Notes: generated by a model from the sequence alone, not told the origin. 64,000 bases of DNA from Hydrurus foetidus (GCA_900617105.1 UYFQ01000032.1:248001-312000); one strand, 5' to 3'; shown: positions 19,200-29,975, counted from the stretch's first letter. Program-made: numbers and translations.

Positions 19200-19276
19200 T
19201 GGTGCGGCTGGCAGGAATTGAACCCACGACCCCTTGGTTCGTAGCCAAGTACTCTATCCAACTGAGCTACAGCCGC
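19200..19276 (-). tRNA. tRNA-Arg (anticodon ACG)
   Basis: GCGGCTGTAGCTCAGTTGGATAGAGTACTTGGCT-ACG-AACCAAGGGGTCGTGGGTTCAATTCCTGCCAGCCGCACCA; 77 nt with encoded CCA. Confidence 0.97.
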
Positions 19277-19287
19277 TGAAGCCTCAA

Positions 19288-19317
19288 ATTATAGCACCCA
19301 ATTTCAGGGGGTTGCAA
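19288..19317 (-). promoter_or_regulatory. sigma70 promoter of tRNA-Arg
   Basis: TTGCAA-N18-TATAAT with a TGn extended -10. Confidence 0.75.
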
Positions 19318-19339
19318 GTCTTCTTCATATTTGTTGAAA

Positions 19340-20689
19340 TTAGCTGGGTACCAACACTTGATGCACCACCCGCTGTGGGTATGGAATGTCGATGCCCGCA
19401 GCACGCAGCCCTTGCAGAATGGCGATGTGGACATCAGAGCGCACGTTCAATTGGCCGTTCTGTATATCGGCTATCCAGTAGCTGAGCGTGAACTCCAGAC
19501 CATCTGCACCAAAGTTCGACAAGAACGCAGCTGGCGCCGGTGTTGCCAGCACCCTGGTCTGCGCACTGGCCGCGTTACACAGAATCGCCTGCACCTGCGC
19601 CACATCGCTGCCGTAGCCCACGGAGATGATCGACGTGAGCGACACATTCGGGTCGGCGAGCGACATGTTTTCAGTCCGCTCGGTGATGAGCTTTTCATTG
19701 GGCACCACCGATTCACGGCCATTGGCGGCGCGTATCAGGGTGTAGCGGGTTTTGATGTCAGTGATCTGGCCTTCAAAGTTGTCCACCTTCACCATATCGC
19801 CAATGCGCAGCGAACGCTCCAACAGAATCACAAAACCGCTGACGTAGTTGGAGGCGAGCTTTTGCAAACCCAGGCCTAAACCTACGCCCAAACCACCTCC
19901 CAGCACGGACAATGCCGTCAAATCCACGCCCACGGCGGACAAGGCGATCAACAAACCCAGCAACAACAGCAAGGCCCGCACGGCATTGACCGCTGCTTTG
20001 CGCATCGACAAATCCTGTACGGCGGGCACTAACACCCGCTTTTCGATGCCTCCAGCCGCCCAGAGTGCAAGCATCAGCACGACGGTGCTGGACAAAATGC
20101 CCTCGCCCAGCATCCGCACGCTGATACGGGTTTTGCCGAACGAGAACGCTAAATCGTCCAACTCAGCCAACACCACAGGCAGCAAACCCAAAATCCACAG
20201 CACTGCGCCCACCCAGGCCAGCCACGACACACCGCGCTCCACCAACCGGGCCACGCCAGAATTCGGAAAAACGCTGGTCAGTACGCGGGCAAAAAACCGA
20301 ATCACCGTGAGCGACATGAGCACAGGCACCGCAATGTGCAAAATCGCCACCTGTGGGTAGTAGGTGCCGAGCAGCTTGTTGGCGACAAACACCAGCACCA
20401 GGGCCAAACCTGGGAACAGCAGGCCATCCAGAACTCTGCGGCCAAACCACACACTGTCTGGCGCAGGGGATGAAACCTCGGGCAGAGCATCCTCCGGCGC
20501 GGTACCGTCTTGCGCCTTGAGCGCGGCAGACGCAGTGGCAGCCAAAGCGAACCGGTAGGCCAACCAGCGGGTAAAACCATACGCAAAGCCGATGCACACC
20601 AACAACACGCCCAATTCAAACCACACACCAGGGCTGCGCAAATCGGCCAGCACTTTGTGCAGTTCACCCAGATTGAGGTTGCCGTTCAT
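19340..20689 (-). CDS. Small-conductance mechanosensitive channel (MscS family)
   Basis: GLGLGLQKLASNYVSG, RIGDMV and IDIPYPQR motifs; multiple TM segments. Confidence 0.9.
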   Translation of the reverse strand: MNGNLNLGELHKVLADLRSPGVWFELGVLLVCIGFAYGFTRWLAYRFALAATASAALKAQDGTAPEDALPEVSSPAPDSVWFGRRVLDGLLFPGLALVLVFVANKLLGTYYPQVAILHIAVPVLMSLTVIRFFARVLTSVFPNSGVARLVERGVSWLAWVGAVLWILGLLPVVLAELDDLAFSFGKTRISVRMLGEGILSSTVVLMLALWAAGGIEKRVLVPAVQDLSMRKAAVNAVRALLLLLGLLIALSAVGVDLTALSVLGGGLGVGLGLGLQKLASNYVSGFVILLERSLRIGDMVKVDNFEGQITDIKTRYTLIRAANGRESVVPNEKLITERTENMSLADPNVSLTSIISVGYGSDVAQVQAILCNAASAQTRVLATPAPAAFLSNFGADGLEFTLSYWIADIQNGQLNVRSDVHIAILQGLRAAGIDIPYPQRVVHQVLVPS

Positions 20690-21519
20690 AAGGGCCTCCA
20701 GCTGGGGGCTCGTTTTTCGGCGAAGGCTAAAAAGCCCTCTTGTGCCGCCTCGTCCATCATGTTGACGGCCATGGTTTGCGCGGCGAGTTGGTACGCGGCC
20801 TCAATGCCGAGTTCGCGCTGCTGGTAGAACAAGGCTTTGCCCATCGCCACCGCCACCCGTGGTTTTTGCAGGATGCTGTTGACCAGCGCCTCTACAGCCG
20901 CGTCCAGCTCAGCAGGTGCAGCGACTCGGTTGACCAGACCCCGCGCCAGCGCTTGTTCGGCGGTGATGAAATCGCCTGTCAGCAGCATCTCCAGTGCCTG
21001 CTTGGCCGCCATGTTGCGCACCAAGGGGACGCTGGGGGTAGCGCAAAACAAGCCAAAGTTAATGCCGCTGGTGGCAAATTTAGCCTCGCTCGATGCCACA
21101 GCCAAATCGCACTGCGCCACCAACTGGCAGCCCGCCGCCGTCGCGGTGCCCTGCACGCGGGCGATGACGGGGATGGGCAACTTTTGCAGGCTCAGCATCA
21201 TGCGGCTGCACTGCGCAAAAAGCTTTTGGTAATAGGCCAACTCGGGCTGAGCGCTCATCTCTTTCAGGTTGTGCCCTGGGCAAAAGGCTTTGCCAGCGGA
21301 GGCCAGCACCAACACGCGGGCAGTGTCATCGCTCTTGAGCAGGTCAAGCGCGGCCTGCAAAGCGACCAGCATCTCTTCGCTCAGCGCATTGAAGGTGTGC
21401 GGGCGGTTCATCGTCAGCGTGACGACACCGAGTGCATCGCGGGTACACAGCACGGCAGGCGACGCTGAAGGAATGGAAGCAGAAGAAGGCGACAAAGAGG
21501 AAAGCATGGTTTCAGACAT
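20686..21519 (-). CDS. Enoyl-CoA hydratase/isomerase
   Basis: AFCPGHNL, ATAAGCQL and GLFCATP crotonase motifs. Confidence 0.9.
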   Translation of the reverse strand: MSETMLSSLSPSSASIPSASPAVLCTRDALGVVTLTMNRPHTFNALSEEMLVALQAALDLLKSDDTARVLVLASAGKAFCPGHNLKEMSAQPELAYYQKLFAQCSRMMLSLQKLPIPVIARVQGTATAAGCQLVAQCDLAVASSEAKFATSGINFGLFCATPSVPLVRNMAAKQALEMLLTGDFITAEQALARGLVNRVAAPAELDAAVEALVNSILQKPRVAVAMGKALFYQQRELGIEAAYQLAAQTMAVNMMDEAAQEGFLAFAEKRAPSWRPL

Positions 21520-22465
21520 CGGCAAGTACCCGCAAGTGCGCCTCTACGCTGCGGGCCAGCGCGGGCAAGTTGTAACCCCCTTCCAAGCAACTGACGATGC
21601 GCCCTTTGGCATGGCGGCGGGCCACGTCTTTCAGCGCCAGGGTGATCCAGGTGTAGTCGTGCTCGGTCAGGCCCAGTTGGCCCAGATCGTCGTCGCGGTG
21701 GGCATCAAAGCCTGCGCTGATGAAAATCATCTCGGGCCGGTGTGCCTCCAGAAAAGGCAACCATTCGGCCGCGATGATTTCGCGGATTTCAGCGCCTCGG
21801 GTGTAGGCGGGCACCGGCACATTCAACAAATTCGGTGCGTCAGACTTCGCCCCGCCTTCTGGGTAGAACGGGTGTTGGAAAAAGCTGACCATCGCGATGC
21901 GCTTGTCCCCGGCCACGATGTTTTCGGTGCCGTTGCCGTGGTGAACATCAAAATCGGCAATCGCCACCCGCTGCAAGCCGTGGCGCTCCAGCGCGTACTT
22001 GGCGGCAATCGCCACGTTGTTAAAAAAGCAAAACCCCGAGGCTTCGTTGCGCCCAGCGTGGTGGCCCGGTGGGCGCACGGCGCAAAAGGCGTTTTCCATT
22101 TCACCGGCCATCACCGCATCGGTGGCAGCCAAGGCGGCTCCGGCGGCGCGCAGTGAGGCGTTCCAGGTGTGCTCGTTGATGGCGGTGTCGGCGTCGATAT
22201 AGCTGTGGATGGGGCCACCGGCCTGGATGTCTTCTACCAACTGGTCGTGCAAACCGCGCATAGCGGCGACGTGCATGCGGGTGTGGGCCAGCTCAAGATC
22301 GGCAATCGGTGCTTGCGGCGCTTCGCAGCGTTGGAGCACATCGCCCACGCCACTGGCAATCAAACGGTCTTCAATTGCACTCAGCCGGTCAGGGCATTCG
22401 GGGTGGCCCTCGCCCATATCGTGCTTACGGCAATCGGGGTGGGTGAAATAACCTGTACTGCTCAC
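21512..22465 (-). CDS. Histone deacetylase-family (acetylpolyamine amidohydrolase-like) protein
   Basis: HPECPDRL, RPPGHHA, GFCFFNN, DFDVHHGNGT, SAGFD and LEGGY motifs. Confidence 0.95.
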   Translation of the reverse strand: MSSTGYFTHPDCRKHDMGEGHPECPDRLSAIEDRLIASGVGDVLQRCEAPQAPIADLELAHTRMHVAAMRGLHDQLVEDIQAGGPIHSYIDADTAINEHTWNASLRAAGAALAATDAVMAGEMENAFCAVRPPGHHAGRNEASGFCFFNNVAIAAKYALERHGLQRVAIADFDVHHGNGTENIVAGDKRIAMVSFFQHPFYPEGGAKSDAPNLLNVPVPAYTRGAEIREIIAAEWLPFLEAHRPEMIFISAGFDAHRDDDLGQLGLTEHDYTWITLALKDVARRHAKGRIVSCLEGGYNLPALARSVEAHLRVLADV

Positions 22466-22520
22466 GTCTCGTCCATAGTCCAAGGGTTCTTAGAATCACA
22501 GTTTCAGTTAGGGTGAACGC

Positions 22521-23441
22521 ATGGACGTACAACACAAACTCAACTCGCTTTTGGCTCAGCTTAACACGGTGATTGTGGGCAAAAGCACCCAGGTACGCGA
22601 CTGCGTGGCCTGCCTTTTGGCTGGGGGCCACCTGCTGATTGAAGACGTGCCCGGCGTGGGCAAAACCACGCTGGCGCACGCGCTGGCCAAGACTTTCGGG
22701 CTGCAATTCTCGCGCGTGCAGTTCACCGCTGACCTGATGCCGGGCGATTTGTCGGGCGTGTCAATTTACGACCGCGTGGCCGAGCGCTTCGTCTTCCACC
22801 CCGGCCCGGTGTTTGCGCAAATTTTGCTGGCCGACGAGATCAACCGCGCCAGCCCCAAAACCCAAAGCGCCTTGCTAGAGGCGATGGAAGAAAAACAAGT
22901 GACAGTAGAAGGCGAAACCCGACCCCTGCCCAACCCTTTCTTTGTGATTGCCACCCAAAACCCGCACGACCAACTCGGCACCTACGCCCTGCCCGAATCC
23001 CAGCTTGATCGCTTTTTGATGCGCATATCCCTGGGCTACCCCGACCGCCAAGCCGAACGCGAGCTGCTCGCGGGTGTTGACAGGCGCAGCATGCTGGATG
23101 GCATGAGCGCAGTGCTCTCGCCCCACGAGCTGCACCAACTGCAAGCCCAGGTGCTGAAAGTACACGCCGCTGACCCGCTGCTGAACTACGTGCAAGACCT
23201 GCTCACCGCCACCCGCTCAGGCCGCTGGTTCCTCCAAGGTTTAAGCCCCCGCGCGGGCATCGCGCTGCTGCGGGCCGCCAAAGCGCAAGCCCTGCTGAAT
23301 GGCCGCGATTACGTGGCCCCGGACGATGTGCAAGACATCCTGCCGCAAACCGTGGCCCACCGCTTGGTGCCGGTCAGCGATGCAGGCCGGGGCGCTGTCG
23401 AGCAGGTGCGGGCCATGCTGGAAGCGGTGCCGCTGCCGTGA
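22521..23441 (+). CDS. MoxR family AAA+ ATPase
   Basis: PGVGKT, LLADEINRA, ATQNP and LPESQLDRF motifs. Confidence 0.95.
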   Translation: MDVQHKLNSLLAQLNTVIVGKSTQVRDCVACLLAGGHLLIEDVPGVGKTTLAHALAKTFGLQFSRVQFTADLMPGDLSGVSIYDRVAERFVFHPGPVFAQILLADEINRASPKTQSALLEAMEEKQVTVEGETRPLPNPFFVIATQNPHDQLGTYALPESQLDRFLMRISLGYPDRQAERELLAGVDRRSMLDGMSAVLSPHELHQLQAQVLKVHAADPLLNYVQDLLTATRSGRWFLQGLSPRAGIALLRAAKAQALLNGRDYVAPDDVQDILPQTVAHRLVPVSDAGRGAVEQVRAMLEAVPLP

Positions 23442-24421
23442 ACCCGCTCAGCTACGCCCGCCAACGCTTCAACCGCTGGTTACAGGCACGCCTCAAGCCC
23501 AGCGACAGCATCACCCTCACGCAGCGCAACGTCTACATCTTGCCCACCCGCCCCGGCTTCATGCTGGGGGCGACGCTCTTGGTGCTGCTGGTGGCGTCGA
23601 TCAACTACCAGCTCAACCTCGGCTATTTACTGACGTTTTTGCTCGCAGGCAGCGCCGTGGTGGGGATGCATGTCTGCCACGGCACGTTGCGGGGGATAAC
23701 TATGCATTTGATAGCACCTGAGGCCCACCACGTAGGCAGTAATGTCGCTTTTGACGTGAAAATCAGCAGCGAGCGGCGTGCCGTGCGCCACGGCATCGGT
23801 GTCAGCGTGCTGGGTGCCGGGCAATGGTCGTGGACGGACGTGCCCGGCATGGGCAGCAGCAGCCTGAAAGTCGCGTGGAAAGCCACCCAACGCGGCCTCA
23901 CAACCCTGCCTGCGCTGACAGCGGAAACCCGCTTCCCGATGGGCACCTTTCGCGTCTGGACGGTGTGGCGGCCCGCTGCGCAGATTTTGATCTACCCCGC
24001 GCCTGAGCCCCTCGCACCGCCGCTGCCCCCCGGCGTGCCGCGTGCCAACGGTGGTGCAGCACGACAGGCGACGAACAGCGGTGAGTTCGACGGCGTGCGG
24101 GCCTACCGGCGTGGCGACCCGCTCAAAACGGTGGTCTGGAAAAAAGCCGCCAAGGCCCTGGCAATGGGCTCGAACGATCTGGTCAGCCGAGACACCGAGC
24201 AAACGCAAACCTCAGAGCTGTGGCTGGACTTTGCAGCTACGGGCATCGGTATGGGGAGTGCAGGCGACAAAGAAGCCCGCCTCTCGCGCCTGTGCGCCTG
24301 GGTGCTGCGGGCTGACAAGCAAGCCCTGCACTACGGCTTGCGCCTGCCCCAGCGCGACATCACACCCGCCAGTGGCGAAGCCCACAAACGGCAATGCCTG
24401 GAGGCACTCGCACTATGCTGA
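23438..24421 (+). CDS. DUF58 domain protein
   Basis: EFDGVRAYRRGD..VWK motif; lies between MoxR and a transglutaminase. Confidence 0.9.
   Translation: MNPLSYARQRFNRWLQARLKPSDSITLTQRNVYILPTRPGFMLGATLLVLLVASINYQLNLGYLLTFLLAGSAVVGMHVCHGTLRGITMHLIAPEAHHVGSNVAFDVKISSERRAVRHGIGVSVLGAGQWSWTDVPGMGSSSLKVAWKATQRGLTTLPALTAETRFPMGTFRVWTVWRPAAQILIYPAPEPLAPPLPPGVPRANGGAARQATNSGEFDGVRAYRRGDPLKTVVWKKAAKALAMGSNDLVSRDTEQTQTSELWLDFAATGIGMGSAGDKEARLSRLCAWVLRADKQALHYGLRLPQRDITPASGEAHKRQCLEALALC
23698..23737 (+). repeat. Intragenic fixed-spacing motif, copy 2 (DUF58)
   Basis: AACT ATGCATTTG ATAGC ACCTGAG GC CCACCACGTAG GC. Confidence 0.55.
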
Positions 24422-26547
24422 AAACGCCCACGCCGCCCTCCAACGTAGCCCCAAGCCACGCCACACCCTTCGCCCCAGGCATCGTCCAAACCCTCGCCTA
24501 CCTGCCCCGCGAAGCCCGCGACACGCTGTTTTTGCTCGCCGTCATCGCCTGGGTGTTGCTGCCGCAAACCGCCCACCTGCCCGTCTGGTGCAGCGCACTG
24601 GCCACATTGATGCTGTTGTGGCGTGGCCGCTTGGCGTGGCTGGCACGGCCTTTACCGGGGCGCATCTGGCTGGCTGGCCTGCTGTGCCTGACGGTGGGGG
24701 CCACGTGGCTTACCCACCGCACGCTTTTGGGGCGCGATGCCGGGGTCACGCTCATTGTGGTGCTGCTGGCCTTGAAAACCCTGGAATTGCGGGCCAAGCG
24801 CGATGCCTTCGTGGTGTTCTTTCTCGGCTTCTTCACCATGCTGACGAACTTTTTGTTCTCGCAATCGCTGCTCACAGCCGCTGCCATGCTGATCGGCCTG
24901 CTGGGGCTGCTGACGGCGCTGGTCAACGCCCACATGCCGGTGGGCAAACCGCCGCTGATGCAGGCGGCACGCACGGCGGGCAGCATGGCGCTGCTGGGCG
25001 CACCCATCATGGCCGTGCTGTTCGTGCTGTTCCCGCGCGTCGCACCGTTATGGGGCATCCCCAGTGACGGCATGACCGGGCGCAGCGGCTTGTCCGCCAC
25101 GATGCAGGTCGGCACGATGGCCACGCTGGCGCTGGACGACAGCATTGCCATGCGCTTGCGCTTTGAAGGCCCGGTGCCACCCACCCCCAGCCTCTACTTC
25201 CGTGGCCCGGTACTCAGCCGCTTTGACGGACGCGAGTGGCAACCCCTGCCCGCCCCGTCCCTGCGCAGTCTGCCCCCCGCTCAGCGGCTGCAAACGCGGG
25301 GCGAGCCGGTGCGCTACCAAGTCACACTGGAGGCCAACCAACGGCCCTGGATCCTCGTGCTGGATGCCACGCCCGACAGCCCGCTCATGCCCGCTGGATT
25401 TGACCTCTCCGGCACCACCGATTTGCAGTGGCTGGCCAACCGGGGCGTGACGGATTTGCTGCGCTACCAAGCCACCAGCTACCCCGATTTCCGCTACGGC
25501 CCGCGCCAGTACAGCCACGCGCTGCAAGACTTCATTGAGCTGCCCCCTGGCTTCAACCCCCGCACCCTGCAACTGGCCGCTGACATGCGGCGTGACCCGC
25601 GTTTGGCCGAGGCCGACAGCGCCACGCTGAGCGCTGCTGTGCTGGACCGCCTGCGTACCGGGGGCTACAGCTACACGCTGGAACCCGGTGTCTACGGCCC
25701 CCAAGTGGCTGACGAGTTTTGGTTTGACAAAAAAGAAGGCTTTTGCGAACACATCGCCACCGCCTATGTACTGCTGATGCGGGCGCTGGACGTGCCCGCC
25801 CGCATCGTCACCGGCTACCAAGGCGGCGAGCTCAACCCCGTGGATGGCTTTTGGACGGTGCGCCAAAGCGATGCCCATGCCTGGGCCGAAATCTGGGTTG
25901 AGGGCCAAGGCTGGGTGCGCATAGACCCCACCGGGGCCGTCGCGCCGAGCCGCATTGGCAGCCTCGCACGCCTTACCGCCCCACGCGGCGCGATGGCTAC
26001 CGCACTGGGCACGATGATGAGCCCTACGCTGGCCGCCAACCTGCGCGCCGCATGGGAAGCCGTCAACAACAACTGGAACCAGTGGGTGCTGAACTACAGC
26101 CAAAGCAAGCAGTTGAACTTGCTCAAAAACATAGGCTTCACCGCCCCCAGCTGGGAAGACTTGGGGTATTTGCTGAGTGGCCTCTTGGTGCTGGCCAGCC
26201 TCGCCGGTGCGTTGTGGACGCTGTGGGAACGCCGCCAGCATGACCCCTGGCTGCGCTTGCTGCACACCGTCCACAGCCGCTTGGTTAAACTCGGCCTCGA
26301 ACTGGGGCCCCAAAGCCCCCCCCGGCATATGGCACATGTGGTGCAGCAACGCTTTGGCGCACAAGGCGCCGCCCTGCACCAGTGGCTGCTGCGCTTTGAG
26401 AGCCAACGCTACGCCGCCCCCAGCCACCCCGCCACGGCCCAACCCGAACTTGACAGTCTGCGCCAGTTGCAACGCGATTTGCGTCAACTGGTCTGGCCCA
26501 CCGCCCCTGCATCCCAGCCTTCGACATCGACCCCGCCGCCCCCATGA
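24415..26547 (+). CDS. DUF3488 + transglutaminase-like membrane protein (TgpA-like)
   Basis: N-terminal TMs; catalytic triad in GFCEH, HAWAE and IDPT. Confidence 0.9.
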   Translation: MLKTPTPPSNVAPSHATPFAPGIVQTLAYLPREARDTLFLLAVIAWVLLPQTAHLPVWCSALATLMLLWRGRLAWLARPLPGRIWLAGLLCLTVGATWLTHRTLLGRDAGVTLIVVLLALKTLELRAKRDAFVVFFLGFFTMLTNFLFSQSLLTAAAMLIGLLGLLTALVNAHMPVGKPPLMQAARTAGSMALLGAPIMAVLFVLFPRVAPLWGIPSDGMTGRSGLSATMQVGTMATLALDDSIAMRLRFEGPVPPTPSLYFRGPVLSRFDGREWQPLPAPSLRSLPPAQRLQTRGEPVRYQVTLEANQRPWILVLDATPDSPLMPAGFDLSGTTDLQWLANRGVTDLLRYQATSYPDFRYGPRQYSHALQDFIELPPGFNPRTLQLAADMRRDPRLAEADSATLSAAVLDRLRTGGYSYTLEPGVYGPQVADEFWFDKKEGFCEHIATAYVLLMRALDVPARIVTGYQGGELNPVDGFWTVRQSDAHAWAEIWVEGQGWVRIDPTGAVAPSRIGSLARLTAPRGAMATALGTMMSPTLAANLRAAWEAVNNNWNQWVLNYSQSKQLNLLKNIGFTAPSWEDLGYLLSGLLVLASLAGALWTLWERRQHDPWLRLLHTVHSRLVKLGLELGPQSPPRHMAHVVQQRFGAQGAALHQWLLRFESQRYAAPSHPATAQPELDSLRQLQRDLRQLVWPTAPASQPSTSTPPPP

Positions 26548-27728
26548 CACGATCTTTCAAAAAGCGCATCCAAAGCACTTTCATTTTTATAGCTTGTCTA
26601 GCATATTCCATATGCTCTACAGCCGAAAATGAGGTTAAAAAAACCACCCCAACGCCTCAAAAAACATCAACCAAGCACAAACACACCACTGGCAGCCCCC
26701 ATAAATCAAAAACCATAGCAGCACCGCAAGGTATAGCGTATGGTCAGCGCGCAGATGTGCTCCAACAAGCCCAGGACATCGCCCAACGCCGAGACTTGGA
26801 TCCCGAATGGGTGCGCAACGCCCTCACCCAAGCTCACTACCTGCCCAGCATCCCCCGGCTGATGCTGCCCCCGGCCCACGGCACGGCCAAAAACTGGCGC
26901 GTCTACCGCAGCCGCTTTATCGACCCTATCCGCATTGCCGCTGGCGTCAAATACTGGCAGGCCCACCGCGAATGGCTGGAGCGGGCTGAGCAAACCTACG
27001 GCGTGCCCGCCGAAATGGTGGTGGGCATCATCGGCGTGGAGACGATTTACGGCCAGCAGATGGGCAACTTCCGCGTGATCGACGCGCTGGCCACGCTCAC
27101 GTTTGATTTCCCCGCCGCCCACCCGCGTGCAGCGGCACGGCAAGCGTTCTTTCAGGCCGAGTTAGAGCAATTTTTGAGCTTATCGAGCCGCATGGGGCGT
27201 GACCCGATGGCAGCACGCGGCAGCTACGCCGGGGCGATGGGGATGCCACAGTTCATGCCCTCAAGCTGGGCTAAATTTGCAGTTGATTTTGACGGCGACG
27301 GCAACATCGACCTGTTCAACAGCCCGGCGGATGCCATCGGCTCGGTGGCCAACTACTTCCGCAGTTTTGGCTGGCAACCCGGCATGCCCACGCACTACGG
27401 CGTGCGGTTTGACACCACCAAGCTGGACATGGACGCGCTGATGGCCCCCGACATCTTGCCCACCTTCAGCGCCGCCCGCATGGCCACGCTGGGTGCTGTG
27501 CTGGACGAAGCGGGCGCGGCCCACACCGGCCCGCTGGCACTGGTAGAACTGCAAAACGGCCCTGATGCGGCGCAGTACGTGGCAGGCACCGAGAATTTTT
27601 ACACCATCACCCGCTACAACTGGAGCAGCTACTACGCGATGGCAGTCATTGAGCTGGGTCAAGCCGTGAAATCAGCAATGGTGAAGAACGCTACCTTGCG
27701 CTCTGTACCGAATCTCACGCAGCCTTAA
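26544..27728 (+). CDS. mltB: Lytic murein transglycosylase B
   Basis: GIIGVET, GSYAGAMGMPQFMPSS, DFDGDG EF-hand and ITRYN motifs. Confidence 0.95.
   Translation: MTRSFKKRIQSTFIFIACLAYSICSTAENEVKKTTPTPQKTSTKHKHTTGSPHKSKTIAAPQGIAYGQRADVLQQAQDIAQRRDLDPEWVRNALTQAHYLPSIPRLMLPPAHGTAKNWRVYRSRFIDPIRIAAGVKYWQAHREWLERAEQTYGVPAEMVVGIIGVETIYGQQMGNFRVIDALATLTFDFPAAHPRAAARQAFFQAELEQFLSLSSRMGRDPMAARGSYAGAMGMPQFMPSSWAKFAVDFDGDGNIDLFNSPADAIGSVANYFRSFGWQPGMPTHYGVRFDTTKLDMDALMAPDILPTFSAARMATLGAVLDEAGAAHTGPLALVELQNGPDAAQYVAGTENFYTITRYNWSSYYAMAVIELGQAVKSAMVKNATLRSVPNLTQP
26576..26615 (+). repeat. Intragenic fixed-spacing motif, copy 3 (MltB signal peptide)
   Basis: CACT TTCATTTTT ATAGC TTGTCTA GC ATATTCCATAT GC; contains the inverted repeat GCATAT-N3-ATATGC. 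Confidence 0.65.
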
Positions 27729-27750
27729 ACAGTCTTCATACATTTCCGGA

Positions 27751-29931
27751 ATGACACCAGCGTCCAACGCCCTCGCACCACCCGTGCTTGGCATCCCCTT
27801 GCCAAGCACTGGCACCCTGCACCAACTGATGTTGGTCGCCCATCACACGCCGTATCAGTTTGTTTTTTGCACCACCGATGAACGCATCCAATGGGTTAAC
27901 CCTGCTTTCGAAACACTGACGGGCTACCGCTTGGCTGAAGTCATAGGCCGCATACAGTCTGATTTTTTGCACTGCGACCAAACCGATCTGAGCGTCAGCC
28001 AACGGGTACGTGAGAACATGCAAGCGGGCCGATCCAGTCGTGCGGAGATCCTGAACAAAGCCCGCAATGGGCGGCTGTACTGGATCGACATGGATATACA
28101 ACCCGTGCATGACGCGCAAGGCGTACTGACCGGCTTTGTCAGCGTGCAGATTGAAGTCACCCAGCAAGTTGAACAACGCCGACACCTGCAAGAAAGTCAC
28201 GAACGCTTCAAAAGCCTGCTGGCCATGTCATCCGACTGGTACTGGGAATCTGATGCAGAAAACTACATCACCCAAATATCGGAAGGTATGGATAAAACGG
28301 GCTTAACCCGTCACAACTTGATAGGCACGCGAAAATGGGATTTGGACATTGACGCTGCTGATCCGTGTTGGGCCACCCACCGGGCTAACGTTCTAGCCAG
28401 ACAGCCCTATCGGAATTTTGAATTTTGCGTCCGCCTGCCCACGACTCTGCAACAGAGCGCGACTGCATGGACGTGGGTCAGTTTGTCGGGCGAACCGATG
28501 TTGGATACCAACGGTGAATTCGCAGGCTACCGAGGCGTAGGTCGCGACATCACCGCGCACCGTGCCGCACAAGACCGCATGTGGCGACTGGCCAACCTAG
28601 ACACCTTAACCGGGTTGCCCAACCGGATGCACTTCAACACGGCCTTGTCGCAAGCCATCACCGATGCAGCGCAGCGCCAACAGCCCTTTGCCTTGGCGTT
28701 GATTGACCTGGATAACTTCAAAGAAATCAACGATTCCCAGGGGCACGATGTAGGCGATGAGCTGCTCATCGCTGTGGCCCAAAGGCTGCGTGCGGCCCTG
28801 AACCCCGGCAATGTGATTGCCCGCACTGGAGGCGATGAATTTGGCGTGTTGCTGCTCGGAGCGCCTGAGCCGCAAGCCCTCACCCTCCCCCTGCAAGCCT
28901 TGATGCAAGCGATGGCCCCCCCACTCAACGTAGGCGGCCAGCTGCGCCGTTGCAGCCTCAGCATGGGGGTCACGCTTTACCCCGCGGACAGCACCGAAAG
29001 CGCAAGCCTCATCAAAAATGCCGACATCGCGCTTTACTGCGCCAAAGCCGCAGGGCGTGGGCAGTATGTGTGCTTCCACCCCGAATTGAAGCGCGATATT
29101 GACAGCCAAGCGCAGCTGGTGCGCGAGATTGAGGAAGCCATCAACACCCGCAGCCTGCTGCTGCATTACCAGCCTGTGGTGGATGTGGAGCACGGCGCGG
29201 TGGTGTCGCTGGAAGCCTTGCTGCGCTGGCAACACCCCACGCGCGGCATCGTCTCGGCAGGACTTTTCCCACAAGTGTTCAATAACTTGGGGCTGGCTGC
29301 TCAAATTGGCCGCTTGGTAACAGACATGGCCGTGGCACAGGCCGCACAGTGGTTGCACGCCGGCGTGGAATTCAACCGCGTCGCCATCAACGTGACAGCT
29401 GCTGATTTTGTGCTGGGCGCCTTCCCTGCGACACTGGCAGAGCAGCTGGCACACTACGGCGTGCCAGCCAGCGCGATCAGCGTGGAAGTGACCGAAGGCA
29501 TGTTCCTGGGCCCCACCGCTGTACTGGTGCTGCAAGGCCTGGAAGTGCTGCACCGCATGGGCATTGAAATGGCGTTTGACGATTTCGGCACCGGTTACGC
29601 CTCACTGATGCACCTGAAGCTGCCGCTAGACCGGCTGAAAATCGACCGCTCTTTTGTGCATGACATGGGTGCCGACACCGACAACGCCCGCACCAACGCC
29701 GCCATCGTTCAAGCTGTCACCGCCCTGGGCCACCGGTTGGGCAAACGCATCACCGTTGAAGGAGTAGAAACACCAACGCAAGTGGCGCTGCTGCGTGAGA
29801 TGGGCTGCACGCAGTACCAAGGCAACCACTTCAGCCCGCCCTTGAGTGCGCAGGATGTACCGGCGTTCATCGCGACGTTCAACCAGACTTATGGCGCGGC
29901 AAGCAGTGCTGAAAACGGGGCGCATATCTGA
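27751..29931 (+). CDS. PAS-PAS-GGDEF-EAL diguanylate cyclase/phosphodiesterase
   Basis: DLDNFKEIND, GGDEF, EALLRW, DDFGTG, KIDRSF and EGVE motifs are all intact. Confidence 0.95.
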   Translation: MTPASNALAPPVLGIPLPSTGTLHQLMLVAHHTPYQFVFCTTDERIQWVNPAFETLTGYRLAEVIGRIQSDFLHCDQTDLSVSQRVRENMQAGRSSRAEILNKARNGRLYWIDMDIQPVHDAQGVLTGFVSVQIEVTQQVEQRRHLQESHERFKSLLAMSSDWYWESDAENYITQISEGMDKTGLTRHNLIGTRKWDLDIDAADPCWATHRANVLARQPYRNFEFCVRLPTTLQQSATAWTWVSLSGEPMLDTNGEFAGYRGVGRDITAHRAAQDRMWRLANLDTLTGLPNRMHFNTALSQAITDAAQRQQPFALALIDLDNFKEINDSQGHDVGDELLIAVAQRLRAALNPGNVIARTGGDEFGVLLLGAPEPQALTLPLQALMQAMAPPLNVGGQLRRCSLSMGVTLYPADSTESASLIKNADIALYCAKAAGRGQYVCFHPELKRDIDSQAQLVREIEEAINTRSLLLHYQPVVDVEHGAVVSLEALLRWQHPTRGIVSAGLFPQVFNNLGLAAQIGRLVTDMAVAQAAQWLHAGVEFNRVAINVTAADFVLGAFPATLAEQLAHYGVPASAISVEVTEGMFLGPTAVLVLQGLEVLHRMGIEMAFDDFGTGYASLMHLKLPLDRLKIDRSFVHDMGADTDNARTNAAIVQAVTALGHRLGKRITVEGVETPTQVALLREMGCTQYQGNHFSPPLSAQDVPAFIATFNQTYGAASSAENGAHI

Positions 29932-29944
29932 AAATTTGAGGCAC

Positions 29945-29975
29945 AAAAAAAGAGCGGTAAAACCCGCTCTTTTTT
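29945..29975. terminator. Bidirectional intrinsic terminator
   Basis: AAAAAA-AGAGCGG-TAAAAC-CCGCTCT-TTTTT between convergent genes. Confidence 0.9.

Noticed and set aside
22521..27728. MoxR-DUF58-transglutaminase-mltB as part of the ATP-grasp peptide-ligase system
   Set aside because: This is a widespread, separate membrane/periplasm-facing operon; only proximity links it to the cytoplasmic ligase genes.
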